64,000 bases of DNA from an uncultured Pseudomonadota bacterium. Its GTDB lineage: Bacteria > Pseudomonadota > Alphaproteobacteria > JACZXZ01. Location: the NCBI GenBank assembly GCA_963749075.1, contig CAVVLJ010000021.1:224001-288000 (forward strand), written 5' to 3'. The number at the start of each line of letters is the position of its first letter. Position 1 is the first letter of the stretch. The notes under the pieces are model-generated. The model did not search any database and was not told the origin of the DNA. It was given only the letters and a program-made list of their open reading frames with translations. Positions 39,656 through 49,690 of the stretch are shown here, piece after piece. A program made the position numbers and the translations under genes.

Positions 39656-39846
39656 CGCGTGGGCTCCGGCCCCTCCGGGCCGCCGGTCTCGGGGACCTTC
39701 TTCGCGGAAGCCGGCCGTCCCTCACCCCGACCTCGATCCGCTTCGCGGCTCGAGCCCGCAAGCGGGAGAGGGAGGGGCCCGTTGCGCAGCAACGGGAGGG
39801 TGAGGGAATCCACGGCATCGCCCAATTTCTTCTCATTCTCGCTCAT
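39613..39846 (-). CDS. DUF1674 / SDHAF4-like small protein carrying an in-frame repeat insertion
   Basis: C-terminal '[23 protein letters not shown]'; divergent from htpX. Confidence 0.85.
   Translation of the reverse strand: MSENEKKLGDAVDSLTLPLLRNGPLPLPLAGSSREADRGRGEGRPASAKKVPETGGPEGPEPTRYGDWERKGRCIDF
39719..39806. repeat. Palindromic repeat element inside the DUF1674 CDS
   Basis: Terminal inverted repeats CCCTCACCC / GGGTGAGGG; inner hairpins CCGC-TTC-GCGG, CCCGC-AA-GCGGG and CCCGTTGC-GCA-GCAACGGG. Confidence 0.75.
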
Positions 39847-39890
39847 AGCTTTGACCATAGGTCGCGCCCGCCCGCCTGCCAAGCTGCGAT

Positions 39891-39919
39891 CTTGATCAAT
39901 CGGCCTGCCTCCCCATCTA
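39891..39919 (+). promoter_or_regulatory. RpoH (sigma32)-type promoter of htpX
   Basis: CTTGAT-N14-CCCCATCTA immediately upstream of a heat-shock protease gene. Confidence 0.65.
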
Positions 39920-39927
39920 TGTCAGTC

Positions 39928-40806
39928 ATGAACACGCTCCGCACCGGATTGCTCATAGCGGCGCTGACAGCACTCTTCATGGCCGTCGGCTGGCTCGTCG
40001 GCGGCACGGCCGGCATGGCGATCGCCTTCGTCGCCGCCGCGGGCATGAACCTCTTCGCCTATTGGAACTCGGACCGCATGGTGCTCGGCCTCTATGGCGC
40101 GCGCGAGGTCGACCGGGCCTCCGCACCCGGCCTCTACGGCATCGTCGAGCAGCTCGCCGACCGCGCCGAGATCCCCATGCCGCGCGTCTATGTCGTGGAG
40201 CAGGACCAGCCCAACGCCTTTGCCACCGGCCGCGACCCGGCCCATGCCGCCGTCTGCGTGACCTCCGGCCTCTTGCGCATCGTGAGCCACGAGGAGCTCG
40301 CCGGCGTGCTCGGTCACGAGCTCGGCCACATCAAGCACCGCGACACCCTCACCATGACGATCACCGCGACGATCGCCGGTGCCATCGGCATGCTCGCCAA
40401 CTTCGCCTTCTTCCTCGGCGCCTTCGGCGGGCGCGACGAGCGCGGCAACCCGCTCGGCATCGTCGGTACCATCCTCGTGGCCCTTCTGGCGCCCGTCGCC
40501 GCTACCCTCGTGCAGCTCGCCATCAGCCGCAGCCGCGAGTACGAGGCGGACCGCGCCGGCGCCGAGGTCTCGGGCCATCCCCTGTGGCTCGCCGCGGCGC
40601 TCGAGAAGATCGAGCCCTACGCGCGCGGCACGCCCAATCCCGTGGCGGCGGCGCATCCGGCGACGGCACATCTCTTCATCGTCAACCCGCTCGCGGGCGA
40701 GCGCATGAACAACCTCTTCGCCAGCCACCCCGCGACCGAGAACCGCATCCGCCGCCTGCGCGAGATGGCGGGTGCCGCCGGCCCGGCCGCCAGCCCCTGG
40801 GGCTGA
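39928..40806 (+). CDS. htpX: Zinc metalloprotease HtpX
   Basis: 'QPNAFATGR', 'GVLGHELGH' (HExxH), '[10 protein letters not shown]', 'FASHP'. Confidence 0.96.
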   Translation: MNTLRTGLLIAALTALFMAVGWLVGGTAGMAIAFVAAAGMNLFAYWNSDRMVLGLYGAREVDRASAPGLYGIVEQLADRAEIPMPRVYVVEQDQPNAFATGRDPAHAAVCVTSGLLRIVSHEELAGVLGHELGHIKHRDTLTMTITATIAGAIGMLANFAFFLGAFGGRDERGNPLGIVGTILVALLAPVAATLVQLAISRSREYEADRAGAEVSGHPLWLAAALEKIEPYARGTPNPVAAAHPATAHLFIVNPLAGERMNNLFASHPATENRIRRLREMAGAAGPAASPWG

Positions 40807-40830
40807 GCGCGCGCCGCGGGCGGCACGGCG

Positions 40831-42156
40831 ATGAGCCGCCCCGGCAATGAGGCCGCTCTAGGCCCTGCCGCCGCCAAGCCCGCGGCCCGTGCCGTGGCGC
40901 TCGACATTCTCGCTTCCGTGCTCGACGCGCGGCGTCCCTTCGACGAGCTCTTCGACGGCCATCGCGGTCTCGCCACACTCGAGGCGCGCGACCGCGCCTT
41001 CGTGCATCTCATGGTGGCGACGACGCTGCGCCGCCTCGGCCAGATCGACGCCCTCATCGCCCATTGCCTGGCGCGTCCGCTCCCGGCCAAGGCGGCAACC
41101 GCGCGCCATCTCCTCCGCTTAGGGGTGGCCCAGCTCCTTTTTCTCAAGGTGCCGCCCCATGCCGCGGTGGGCGAGACGGTAGCGGTCGCGGACGCCATCG
41201 GCTGGGGCGGCTTCAAGGGCCTCATCAACGCCGTGCTGCGCCGGCTGGCGGGGGAGGGCGAGGCGCTCGCGGCCGGCCAGGACGCCGAGCGCCTCACCAC
41301 GCCGGACTGGCTGTGGCAGAGCTGGAGCAGCAGCTATGGCGAGGAGACGGCCCGCGCCATCGCCAAGGCGAACCTCGCCGAGGCGGCCCTCGACCTCACG
41401 GTCAAGGGGGATCGCGAGCGCTGGGCCGCCGTGCTCGGCGCGGCCCTGCTGCCGACCGGGAGCTTGCGCCTGGCCGCGGCCGGCGACGTGCGGGCGCTCC
41501 CCGGCTTCGCCGAGGGCGCCTGGTGGGTGCAGGACTCGGCGGCGGCTTTGCCCGCACGGCTCTTGGGCGAGATTGCGGGGAAGCGCGTGCTCGATCTCTG
41601 CGCCGCCCCCGGCGGCAAGACGGCGCAATTGGCACAAGCGGGTGCTGCGGTGACCGCCCTCGACCGCTCGGCCCAGCGCTTGAAGCGCGTCGCGGAGAAT
41701 CTGGCGCGGCTCCGCTTGACCGCCAACCTCATCGCCGCTGACGTGGTCCTGTGGCGGCCCGAGGAGCCCGCGGACGCCGTGCTCCTCGATGCGCCCTGCA
41801 CGGCCACGGGAGCCATCCGGCGCCATCCCGACGTGCGGCACCTGAAGACGCCGGCCGACGTGGCGCGCATGGCAGCCGAGCAGGACCGCCTGCTGCGCGC
41901 CGCACTGGCCATGCTGCGGCCGGGCGGCCTCCTCGTCTACGCGGTGTGCTCGCTCGAGCCCGAGGAGGGTCCGGCGCGCATCGCGGCACTCGTGGAAGCG
42001 GGCCTGCCGGTCAGGCGGCGCGCCATCGAGCCGCGCGAGCTCGCCGGCTTGGCGGAGCTCGTGAGCGAGGCGGGCGATCTGCGCACGCTGCCCTGCCATC
42101 TCGCGGAGCTCGGCGGCCTCGACGGCTTCTACGCCTGCCGCCTCGAGCGGTTATAG
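40831..42156 (+). CDS. rsmB: RsmB/NOP family RNA m5C methyltransferase with NusB-like N-terminus
   Basis: 'WVQD', 'DLCAAPGGKT', 'LDAPCTATG..RRHPD', 'YAVCSL', 'DGFY'. Confidence 0.9.
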   Translation: MSRPGNEAALGPAAAKPAARAVALDILASVLDARRPFDELFDGHRGLATLEARDRAFVHLMVATTLRRLGQIDALIAHCLARPLPAKAATARHLLRLGVAQLLFLKVPPHAAVGETVAVADAIGWGGFKGLINAVLRRLAGEGEALAAGQDAERLTTPDWLWQSWSSSYGEETARAIAKANLAEAALDLTVKGDRERWAAVLGAALLPTGSLRLAAAGDVRALPGFAEGAWWVQDSAAALPARLLGEIAGKRVLDLCAAPGGKTAQLAQAGAAVTALDRSAQRLKRVAENLARLRLTANLIAADVVLWRPEEPADAVLLDAPCTATGAIRRHPDVRHLKTPADVARMAAEQDRLLRAALAMLRPGGLLVYAVCSLEPEEGPARIAALVEAGLPVRRRAIEPRELAGLAELVSEAGDLRTLPCHLAELGGLDGFYACRLERL

Positions 42157-42178
42157 CAAGGAAATCTCACCGCGAAGG

Positions 42179-43231
<1,053 letters not shown>

Positions 43232-43304
43232 GGGGGCGGCAGTCTAGGCCGGCCCTCCGGCGCGCGCATCCTCTTTCCTAGTGCAACAGAGTCTGCGCGC
43301 AAAA

Positions 43305-43592
43305 TCAAAACCGCTCCGGCCAGCGGCGCGCGCCGTGGTAGATGCGCAAGATTTGCAACCTGTTACCCTGCACCCGGTACGGCACGACGAACGGCGCGCT
43401 CGGGATCACAAGCTCGCGCGTGCCCGGCACGCGGCCAGGCCGGCCCAACTCCGGGTTCTTGCTCAGGAGAGTTTCCACATGGTGGATGATGTGGAGGGCG
43501 ATGCGTTGCGCCGCGGCGGGGTCGTCCTCAGCGATATAGGCGCGCAGAGATGCGAGATCGTCGATGGCCTCGGGCGAGCAGACCGGCGTCAT
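43305..43592 (-). CDS. RelE/ParE family toxin
   Basis: 'A..DL..L..YIAEDDPAAA', 'GRPGRVPGTRELV', 'ILRIYHGARRWP'. Confidence 0.9.
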   Translation of the reverse strand: MTPVCSPEAIDDLASLRAYIAEDDPAAAQRIALHIIHHVETLLSKNPELGRPGRVPGTRELVIPSAPFVVPYRVQGNRLQILRIYHGARRWPERF

Positions 43593-43861
43593 GATCGGGA
43601 GCGTTTAGGCGCCGCCCGTTCGTCCTTGCTGCCCCACGAGGCGACCCACTCCTTCAACGCCTCGTGCGCAATCCCCTCGCCGCGGTCGAGCGACGCCATC
43701 GCCTGCTTGATGCCGGCGACCTGCCACTCGTTCGAGTCGAGGTACGCGTCGATCGCCTCGGCGGCGAGAAACGAGCGGCTGCGCCCGGTGCTCCGGGCGA
43801 GCTTCTCGAGCCGCTTCCTGGCACTCTGGTCGACGCGGACGGTGAAGGTCGTGGAAGCCAT
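43589..43861 (-). CDS. CopG/RHH antitoxin
   Basis: 'FTVRVD...KRLEKLARSTGRSRSFLAAEAI..YL...EWQ'; ATGA overlap with the toxin. Confidence 0.9.
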   Translation of the reverse strand: MASTTFTVRVDQSARKRLEKLARSTGRSRSFLAAEAIDAYLDSNEWQVAGIKQAMASLDRGEGIAHEALKEWVASWGSKDERAAPKRSRS

Positions 43862-43981
43862 GTCGCCGAGATGTCCCGCGGATGGGTGCTGGCATGTACA
43901 CAATAAAGCACGAGGTCGCGGCGAGCAAGATGGACCGGCACCCTCTTTCAATTGCCGGCCGAAGCGGGTAGAGCATGCGCC

Positions 43982-44731
43982 ATGCGTGTCCTCATCACGC
44001 GCCCGCGGGAGGAGTCCGAGGCGGTAGCTAAGCTGCTCGCAGCACGGGGCATCGAGTGGCTTATCGATGCGCTCCTCGATATCCGCCCGTCTGCGGCGGC
44101 ACTTCCCCTCACGGGCGTGCAGGCGCTTGCCTTCACCTCGGCCAACGGCGTGCGCGCCTTTGCCGCGCGCGAGCCTCTGCGCGCGCTCCCCGTCTTCGCG
44201 GTCGGCGAGCACACGGCAGAAGCCGCACGCGCGGCCGGCTTCGCGCGCGTGGAGAGCGCCCAAGGTGCTGCACCCGAGCTCGCCCGGCTGCTCTGCGAGA
44301 GGCTCGATCCCTCTGCGGGTGCCGTTCTCCATTGTGCCGGCGCGGTGGTGCGGGGCGAGCTCGCGCCGCGGCTTGCCGAAGCGGGCCTCGAGCTGCGCCG
44401 CGCGGTGCTCTACGAGGCGGTGCCGGCCGCGGCACTTGCGGCAGCGACCCGTGCCGCCCTCGCCGCGGGCGCGCTCGACGCCGTGCTGTTTTTTTCCCCC
44501 CGCAGCGCTCAGACCTTTGTTAGTCTCGCGCGAGCCGCGGGTCTGGCCGGCGCATGCGCGCGTCTTGCCGCCTTAGCCTTGAGCCCGGCGGTGGCCGAGG
44601 AGGCGAGGGCGCTCGCCTGGCGGGAGCTGCTCACGGCGGCACGTCCGGCCCAGGCCGCCCTCCTGGCACTTCTCACGAAGCCGCGGGGCGAGGACCAGGG
44701 TGTCGGAAGCATCGCAGCAGCCAAGCGCTAA
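43982..44731 (+). CDS. hemD: Uroporphyrinogen-III synthase
   Basis: 'VLITRP', 'FTSANGV', 'VGEHTA', 'LYEA', 'FFSPRSA'. Confidence 0.92.
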   Translation: MRVLITRPREESEAVAKLLAARGIEWLIDALLDIRPSAAALPLTGVQALAFTSANGVRAFAAREPLRALPVFAVGEHTAEAARAAGFARVESAQGAAPELARLLCERLDPSAGAVLHCAGAVVRGELAPRLAEAGLELRRAVLYEAVPAAALAAATRAALAAGALDAVLFFSPRSAQTFVSLARAAGLAGACARLAALALSPAVAEEARALAWRELLTAARPAQAALLALLTKPRGEDQGVGSIAAAKR

Positions 44732-46160
44732 TCCCGAGGGCAGCGGCGCTGCCGGCAGCGATAGCCCGGTCGCGCGCGCTCTCGGCGCCTTCGGCGGCGT
44801 GCGCCCCATGGCGGCCAAGCTCGGCGTCCCCGTCACCACCGTGCAGGGCTGGAAGGAGCGCGGCCACATCCCGGCCGCGCGCATCCCCGACCTCCTCGCC
44901 GCCGCGGCCAGCCACGGCGTCGCCCTCACGGCAGCGGACTTGGATGCACCGGCGGCAGGCTCGGGTGCCGCTGCCGAGAACGGCGAGCGCGCGGCCGCCC
45001 AAGCGAGCGCCCAAGGGAGCACCCAATTGAGCACCGGGCGGACCGCCCAAGGTGCCCGCGCTGAGGCAGCTACGGCCGCGGCCGTCGTCTCGCCCCCGCC
45101 CCATGCCATCGCCGCCGCGGCACCATCGCCGCGCGGCTCGGCGGCAGCACTCTGGGCCATCGCCGTGGCGGCGCTCGTGCTCGCGGCCGCGGTGAGCCTG
45201 CCCACCTGGGGGCCAGCACTCGGCCTCAAGGCAAGGGACGCGACGCCGGCGGCGCCGGCGGTGCAGGCGGGCGACGGCGCGCTCGTGCAGCATCTCGAGG
45301 CGCTCACCCGCAGCCTCGCCGCGGTCGAAGGGCGCTTGGCGGGCCTGGAGGCGGCGGCCGGGAAGGCAAATCCAGCGCCGGCCGCGGCCGATACGGCGGC
45401 CCTTGCGGAGCGCGAGGCCAAGCTCGCCGAGACGGTCGCCAGCGGCGAGCGGCGCACGGCGGCGCTCGAGAGCGCTCTTGCCGCGCTTGCGAGCCGTCCG
45501 CAAGCGGCCGACGAGAGCGGAAAGCTGGCCGCTCTCGAGAGCGGCAACGCCAAGCTCGCCGCCTCCCTCGAGGCCACCCAACAGCGCCTCGCCGCCCTCG
45601 AGGCGAGCGCCGCCAAGGCCGCGGCGCTCGACGGGCGGCACCTCGCCCTGGTGCTCGCGGTGGGGGAGCTCCGCGCGGCCCTCCAGCACTCGGAGGCCTA
45701 TGACAAGCCGCTCGCCGCGGTCGCGGGCTTGAGCGAGGGCGACGCCGAGCTCGCGGCAGCGCTCGCCGTGCTCAAGCCGGCGGCAGCCAAGGGCGTCCCC
45801 ACCTTCCCCGAGCTCGCCGAGCGCTTCGACGGTGCTGCACTCGCTGCCGCGCGCGCCGCCATCATGCCGGCGCCCAAGGGCTGGCTCGGCGCCACCCTCG
45901 CCACCCTCGCGCGCCTCGTGGTGATCCGCAAGAACGATGGCCAGGGCGGCGGCAGCGACGCCGCCCTCGCGCGCGCCGAGGCGCTCCTGAGGACGGGCGA
46001 TCTCGCGGCGGCGGTGGCCGCCTTGGCAGAGCTCAAGGGTCCGCCGGCCGAGGCCATGGCACCCTGGCTCGCCGACGCCAAGGCGCGGCTGGCCGCGGAT
46101 GCCGCACTCGCCAGGCTCGAGAGCCGCGCCATCGCCCGGCTCGGCGAGAGCCGCTCGTGA
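44700..46160 (+). CDS. COG4223 / mitofilin (Mic60-like) membrane protein with an N-terminal Cro-like HTH
   Basis: Lies between hemD and hemY; single TM helix, long coiled coil, C-terminal 'RAEALL..GDL.AAV......W...A..RL'; N-terminal 'FGGVRPMAAKLGVPVTTVQGWKERGHIP'. Confidence 0.8.
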   Translation: MSEASQQPSANPEGSGAAGSDSPVARALGAFGGVRPMAAKLGVPVTTVQGWKERGHIPAARIPDLLAAAASHGVALTAADLDAPAAGSGAAAENGERAAAQASAQGSTQLSTGRTAQGARAEAATAAAVVSPPPHAIAAAAPSPRGSAAALWAIAVAALVLAAAVSLPTWGPALGLKARDATPAAPAVQAGDGALVQHLEALTRSLAAVEGRLAGLEAAAGKANPAPAAADTAALAEREAKLAETVASGERRTAALESALAALASRPQAADESGKLAALESGNAKLAASLEATQQRLAALEASAAKAAALDGRHLALVLAVGELRAALQHSEAYDKPLAAVAGLSEGDAELAAALAVLKPAAAKGVPTFPELAERFDGAALAAARAAIMPAPKGWLGATLATLARLVVIRKNDGQGGGSDAALARAEALLRTGDLAAAVAALAELKGPPAEAMAPWLADAKARLAADAALARLESRAIARLGESRS

Positions 46161-46177
46161 GGCGAGGCTAGGCAGCC

Positions 46178-47548
46178 ATGGTGCGGGCCACCTTCTGGCT
46201 TGTCGTCCTCGCGGCAGCGGCGGCCGCCATCGCCTGGCTCGCCGATCATCCGGGCTCGCTCACGCTCTATTGGCGCGACTACCGCATCGACACCTCGGTT
46301 GCCGTGCTGGCCGGCGCCGTGGCGTTGGCGAGTGCGCTGGCCGCGGCACTCTATCAGCTGTGGCGCTGGCTCAGGCGCGCGCCCGCCGCCGTGGCCCGCC
46401 GCCGCCGCGAGAGCCGCCGCCTCAAGGGATACCGCGCGTTGACGCAAGGCATGGTCGCGGTGGCGGCCGGCGACCCGACGGAGGCGCGGCGCCAGGCGCG
46501 GCGCGCGGATGTGCTCTTGAACGAGCCGCCGCTCACCATGCTGCTCTCGGCCCAGGCCGCCCAGCTCAACGGCGACGAGGCGGCGGCGGCGAACTACTTC
46601 TCCGCCATGCTGGAGCGGCCGGAGACCGAGTTCCTCGGTTTGCGCGGCCTCGTCGTGCAGGCGAGCAAGACGGGCGATACCGCGCGGGCGCTCGCACTCG
46701 CGCGCCGCGCCAAGGCGCTGTCGCCGCGCACGAGCTGGGTCTTGAGCACGCTCTTCGAGCTCGAGGCGCGGGCCGGCCAATGGTCGAGCGCCGAGGAGAC
46801 CGCGCGCTTGGCACTCGCCGCCGGCACCATGCGCGCCGCCCAAGGCACGCGCAACCGCGCCATCGCCCTTTACCAGCAGAGCCTCGCGGCCGAGGCCGCG
46901 GGCGAGACGGCGGCAGCGCTCAAGGCCGCGCGCAAGGCGAACGCGATTGAGCCGGGCTTCGTGCCGGCCGCCGTGGAGACCGCCAAGCTCCTCATGCTGC
47001 AAGGCAAGCGCAAGCGCGCGGAGCGCAACGTCGAAGCCGCCTGGCAGCTGGCGCCGCATCCGGCGCTGGCGCGGCTCTATCTGGCGCTCGGCGAGAGCGA
47101 CGAGCCGATCCGCCGCCTGATGCGCATGCAGGCGCTCGCCAAGCTCAGGCCCGAGCACCCGGAAAGCTCCCTGGCCCTGGCCGAGGCGGCCATTGCCGCA
47201 CGCCTCTGGGGCGAGGCGCGGCGGGCGCTCGCGGCACTCCCGGGCGACGGGGCTCAGGGCGAGAGCGCGCGGGCCTGCCGGCTCAAGGCGGCACTCGAGG
47301 AGGGCGAGCACGGCGACGGCGCCCGCGCGCGGGAGTGGCTGCGGCACGCCGCGGGCGGGGAGCCGGATGCGGCCTGGCTCTGCCGCAACTGCGGCGCCGC
47401 CGAGGCCGAGTGGCAGGCACTCTGCCCGCGCTGCGCCGCCTACGACGCGCTCGCCTGGGAGAGCCCGGCGCGCGCCGCACCGTCATCGCTCGTGCCGCCG
47501 CCGGCCGCAGCCGCCGGCCGCAGCGGCGTCAGTTCCTTGTCCGGCTAA
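46178..47548 (+). CDS. hemY: HemY-N/TPR membrane protein (heme-operon associated)
   Basis: Two N-terminal TM helices, 'GYRALTQGMVAVAAGD', 'LLSAQAAQL', TPR helices, C-terminal CxxC...CxxC. Confidence 0.85.
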   Translation: MVRATFWLVVLAAAAAAIAWLADHPGSLTLYWRDYRIDTSVAVLAGAVALASALAAALYQLWRWLRRAPAAVARRRRESRRLKGYRALTQGMVAVAAGDPTEARRQARRADVLLNEPPLTMLLSAQAAQLNGDEAAAANYFSAMLERPETEFLGLRGLVVQASKTGDTARALALARRAKALSPRTSWVLSTLFELEARAGQWSSAEETARLALAAGTMRAAQGTRNRAIALYQQSLAAEAAGETAAALKAARKANAIEPGFVPAAVETAKLLMLQGKRKRAERNVEAAWQLAPHPALARLYLALGESDEPIRRLMRMQALAKLRPEHPESSLALAEAAIAARLWGEARRALAALPGDGAQGESARACRLKAALEEGEHGDGARAREWLRHAAGGEPDAAWLCRNCGAAEAEWQALCPRCAAYDALAWESPARAAPSSLVPPPAAAAGRSGVSSLSG

Positions 47549-48608
47549 GGAAGGCGTGAGCGATCTCGACCACCACCGGGCAGTGGTCGGAGAGGCTGCG
47601 GTAGGCGGCGGGGCGCTCCGCTGCCTGCCACGGCGAGATGGGGGCGCAGCCGGCGAGCGCGCAATAGCCGCTCACCCGCGTGCGCCCCTCCTCGAGAGTG
47701 CCCATGGCCGCACTCGCCAGGAGGTGGTCGAGGCGGCCGCCGCGGCCGCGGTAATATTCCGTGCAAGCGGGGAGAAGCGGCGCTTGCCGCAAGGCGGGTG
47801 CCGCCGCCGCGGCGCGCTCGGCGAGCGCCTGCACCTCGACCGCCGCCGAGCCGCGGCGGCCGTCGCCCATGGTGTTGAAGTCGCCCAAGAGAACCACGCG
47901 CTCGCCGTTCGCGCCGAGCCTTGCCGTGGCGCGCGCGAGATTGGCGAGGGCTGCCGCGCGCTCCGCCGCATCCTCGGGCCGGGCGCCGCTCTTCAAGTGC
48001 ACGACGATGGCATGGAAGCCGGCCTGAGCGTCGTCGCGCGGGATGAAATAGCCGTGGCGGCCCGGCCGCAGCCAGCCGGCGCAAGGCTCCTCGGGCCCGC
48101 GCGCGCGGTCGTTGAGCGACCAGTCGTCCTCTCCTTGCGCGAGGCGGAGCCGCCGCGCGTCCCACAGGAAGCCCACGTGCTGGCTCGCAGCAGCGCCGCA
48201 GCGCTGGAGATCGACCTGCCAGGGCTCGCCGGTCAGGCGGCCGAGCTCGGCCAGGAGCTCGGCCATGCGCGCGCGCGCCGCCTCGGTGTCGCGGATCTCG
48301 ACGACGCCCAGGAGATCGAGGTTCATCCAGGCGATGGCGCAGGCGAGCCAGCCCACGTGCGTGTGGTCGGGGAACCACTCGATGTTCCAGGTGCCGAGCC
48401 TCAGGCTCCCCGCCGCGGCGTCATCGGCCATGCGGCCGTGCTCGACCTCGACGACCTGCCGGCAGAGGGCCGCACTCGTCCACACCCGCACCTCGTCGCC
48501 GCTCGCGGCGGCGGCAGCCCGGCCGCAAAGCAAGAGCGCGGCGACCGCCACGAGCAGGAGGCCGGCGACAGCGAGGCCGCAAAGCGCGGTTCGTTTGGAT
48601 ACAACCAT
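47529..48608 (-). CDS. Secreted endonuclease/exonuclease/phosphatase (EEP) family protein
   Basis: Signal peptide, 'TWNIEWF', 'VHLKS', 'GDFN', 'LDH', 'SDHCPV'. Confidence 0.88.
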   Translation of the reverse strand: MVVSKRTALCGLAVAGLLLVAVAALLLCGRAAAAASGDEVRVWTSAALCRQVVEVEHGRMADDAAAGSLRLGTWNIEWFPDHTHVGWLACAIAWMNLDLLGVVEIRDTEAARARMAELLAELGRLTGEPWQVDLQRCGAAASQHVGFLWDARRLRLAQGEDDWSLNDRARGPEEPCAGWLRPGRHGYFIPRDDAQAGFHAIVVHLKSGARPEDAAERAAALANLARATARLGANGERVVLLGDFNTMGDGRRGSAAVEVQALAERAAAAAPALRQAPLLPACTEYYRGRGGRLDHLLASAAMGTLEEGRTRVSGYCALAGCAPISPWQAAERPAAYRSLSDHCPVVVEIAHAFLSRTRN

Positions 48609-48706
48609 GCAGTGTAACATCTGTTATTACAATCTAATATAACGAGCATAGCAAAAGAGCATGAAATTGCAATCTCAAAGCCATAGCCGCGCGCGCCGCG
48701 CCGCAG

Positions 48707-48735
48707 TTGACGGGGGTCCCTTCCGAGGGTAGCTT
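48707..48735 (+). promoter_or_regulatory. sigma70-type promoter of tRNA-Thr
   Basis: TTGACG-N17-TAGCTT about 48 bp upstream of the tRNA. Confidence 0.6.
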
Positions 48736-48782
48736 CTGCGCGCCCTGGCGCCCCGGCGGGGGGCAGAGCGCGGGGGCAGAGC

Positions 48783-48857
<75 letters not shown>

Positions 48858-49486
48858 ATGAAATCAATGTGTTAAAGAACAAAAGCGGACGGGCGGCGGG
48901 TGCCTAGGTATCCCCTAGGTATCACGCGGGTTAATTTCGGCCGCGCGGTGGCGAGGCATTGCCATGGTCGCCTGATGATCATGCTGCTGTGCCTTGGCTC
49001 GAGGCGCGAGCCGAATCAGCAGCGCCCGAATGCCGAGCCTGCAACAACCATCGGGCTGGCGGGCTTCGGGATCGCCGAGCAAGCCGGCGATCCGCTCCGC
49101 GATGCCCTGGCGGGCACCGGCAGCGGAGCCCCGCTGCCTTCGCTTCGCCCCCATGATGCTCGGCAGGCGGAGCAAGAGGGCGTAGTTGGTGCGGCGACGG
49201 ACCCGCGCCTAAGGTAGGGCAAGATAAAGCAGTGCCTCCAACAGGCACCTATGTCCTTGTCTGCACATCGCTATTCATGGCTCCATGCAATTCGCCTTGG
49301 AGCCAGGGCAGCGCTACTGCATTGTTTCGGCACGCTTCTGATGGAGCCTCGCTGGCCGGCGCACTGTCGGCTTTTGTCGTGGCCCCGTCCTCGCGGTCAT
49401 GCGTTAACGTAACTGGCTCGGACTCGGAAGTTGCTGGGATCGAGCGGCGAGATTATAGTTGCGCGAGATATCGGAGGAGCATCGCT

Positions 49487-49690
49487 ATGCGCCTCTTGCT
49501 TGCGCTCGGACTGCTTGTCATCCCGATCTCGCAGGCACGCCCGGCGCCGCTCGACGATTGGTGCAACGCGGCGGCGCTCCCATCAAGCATCGCGATTTGC
49601 AGCGACGCCGAGCTACGCTCGCTGGCCGTCGAGCGCCCTCAAAAGTGGTTTACGGATTGCGAATGTGAATGGGAGGGGCTGAATGTCTGA
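49487..49690 (+). pseudogene. Short secreted protein fragment, possibly an LprI-like N-terminus
   Basis: GGAGGA SD, signal peptide, 'WC....SSIAICSDAELRSLA'; the apparent similarity ends abruptly. Confidence 0.4.

Noticed and set aside
42157-42178. Invertase-type inverted repeats at the proposed inversion breakpoints
   Set aside because: Only a short imperfect similarity (GATTCCTT versus GATTTCCTT) to the gpsA upstream region, and no recombinase nearby.
48915-49210. Possible tyrosine-integrase C-terminal remnant ('TNYALL...IAERIAGLLG', minus strand) next to the tRNA
   Set aside because: The position fits, but no HxxR or LGH motifs are recognisable; too weak without a profile search.
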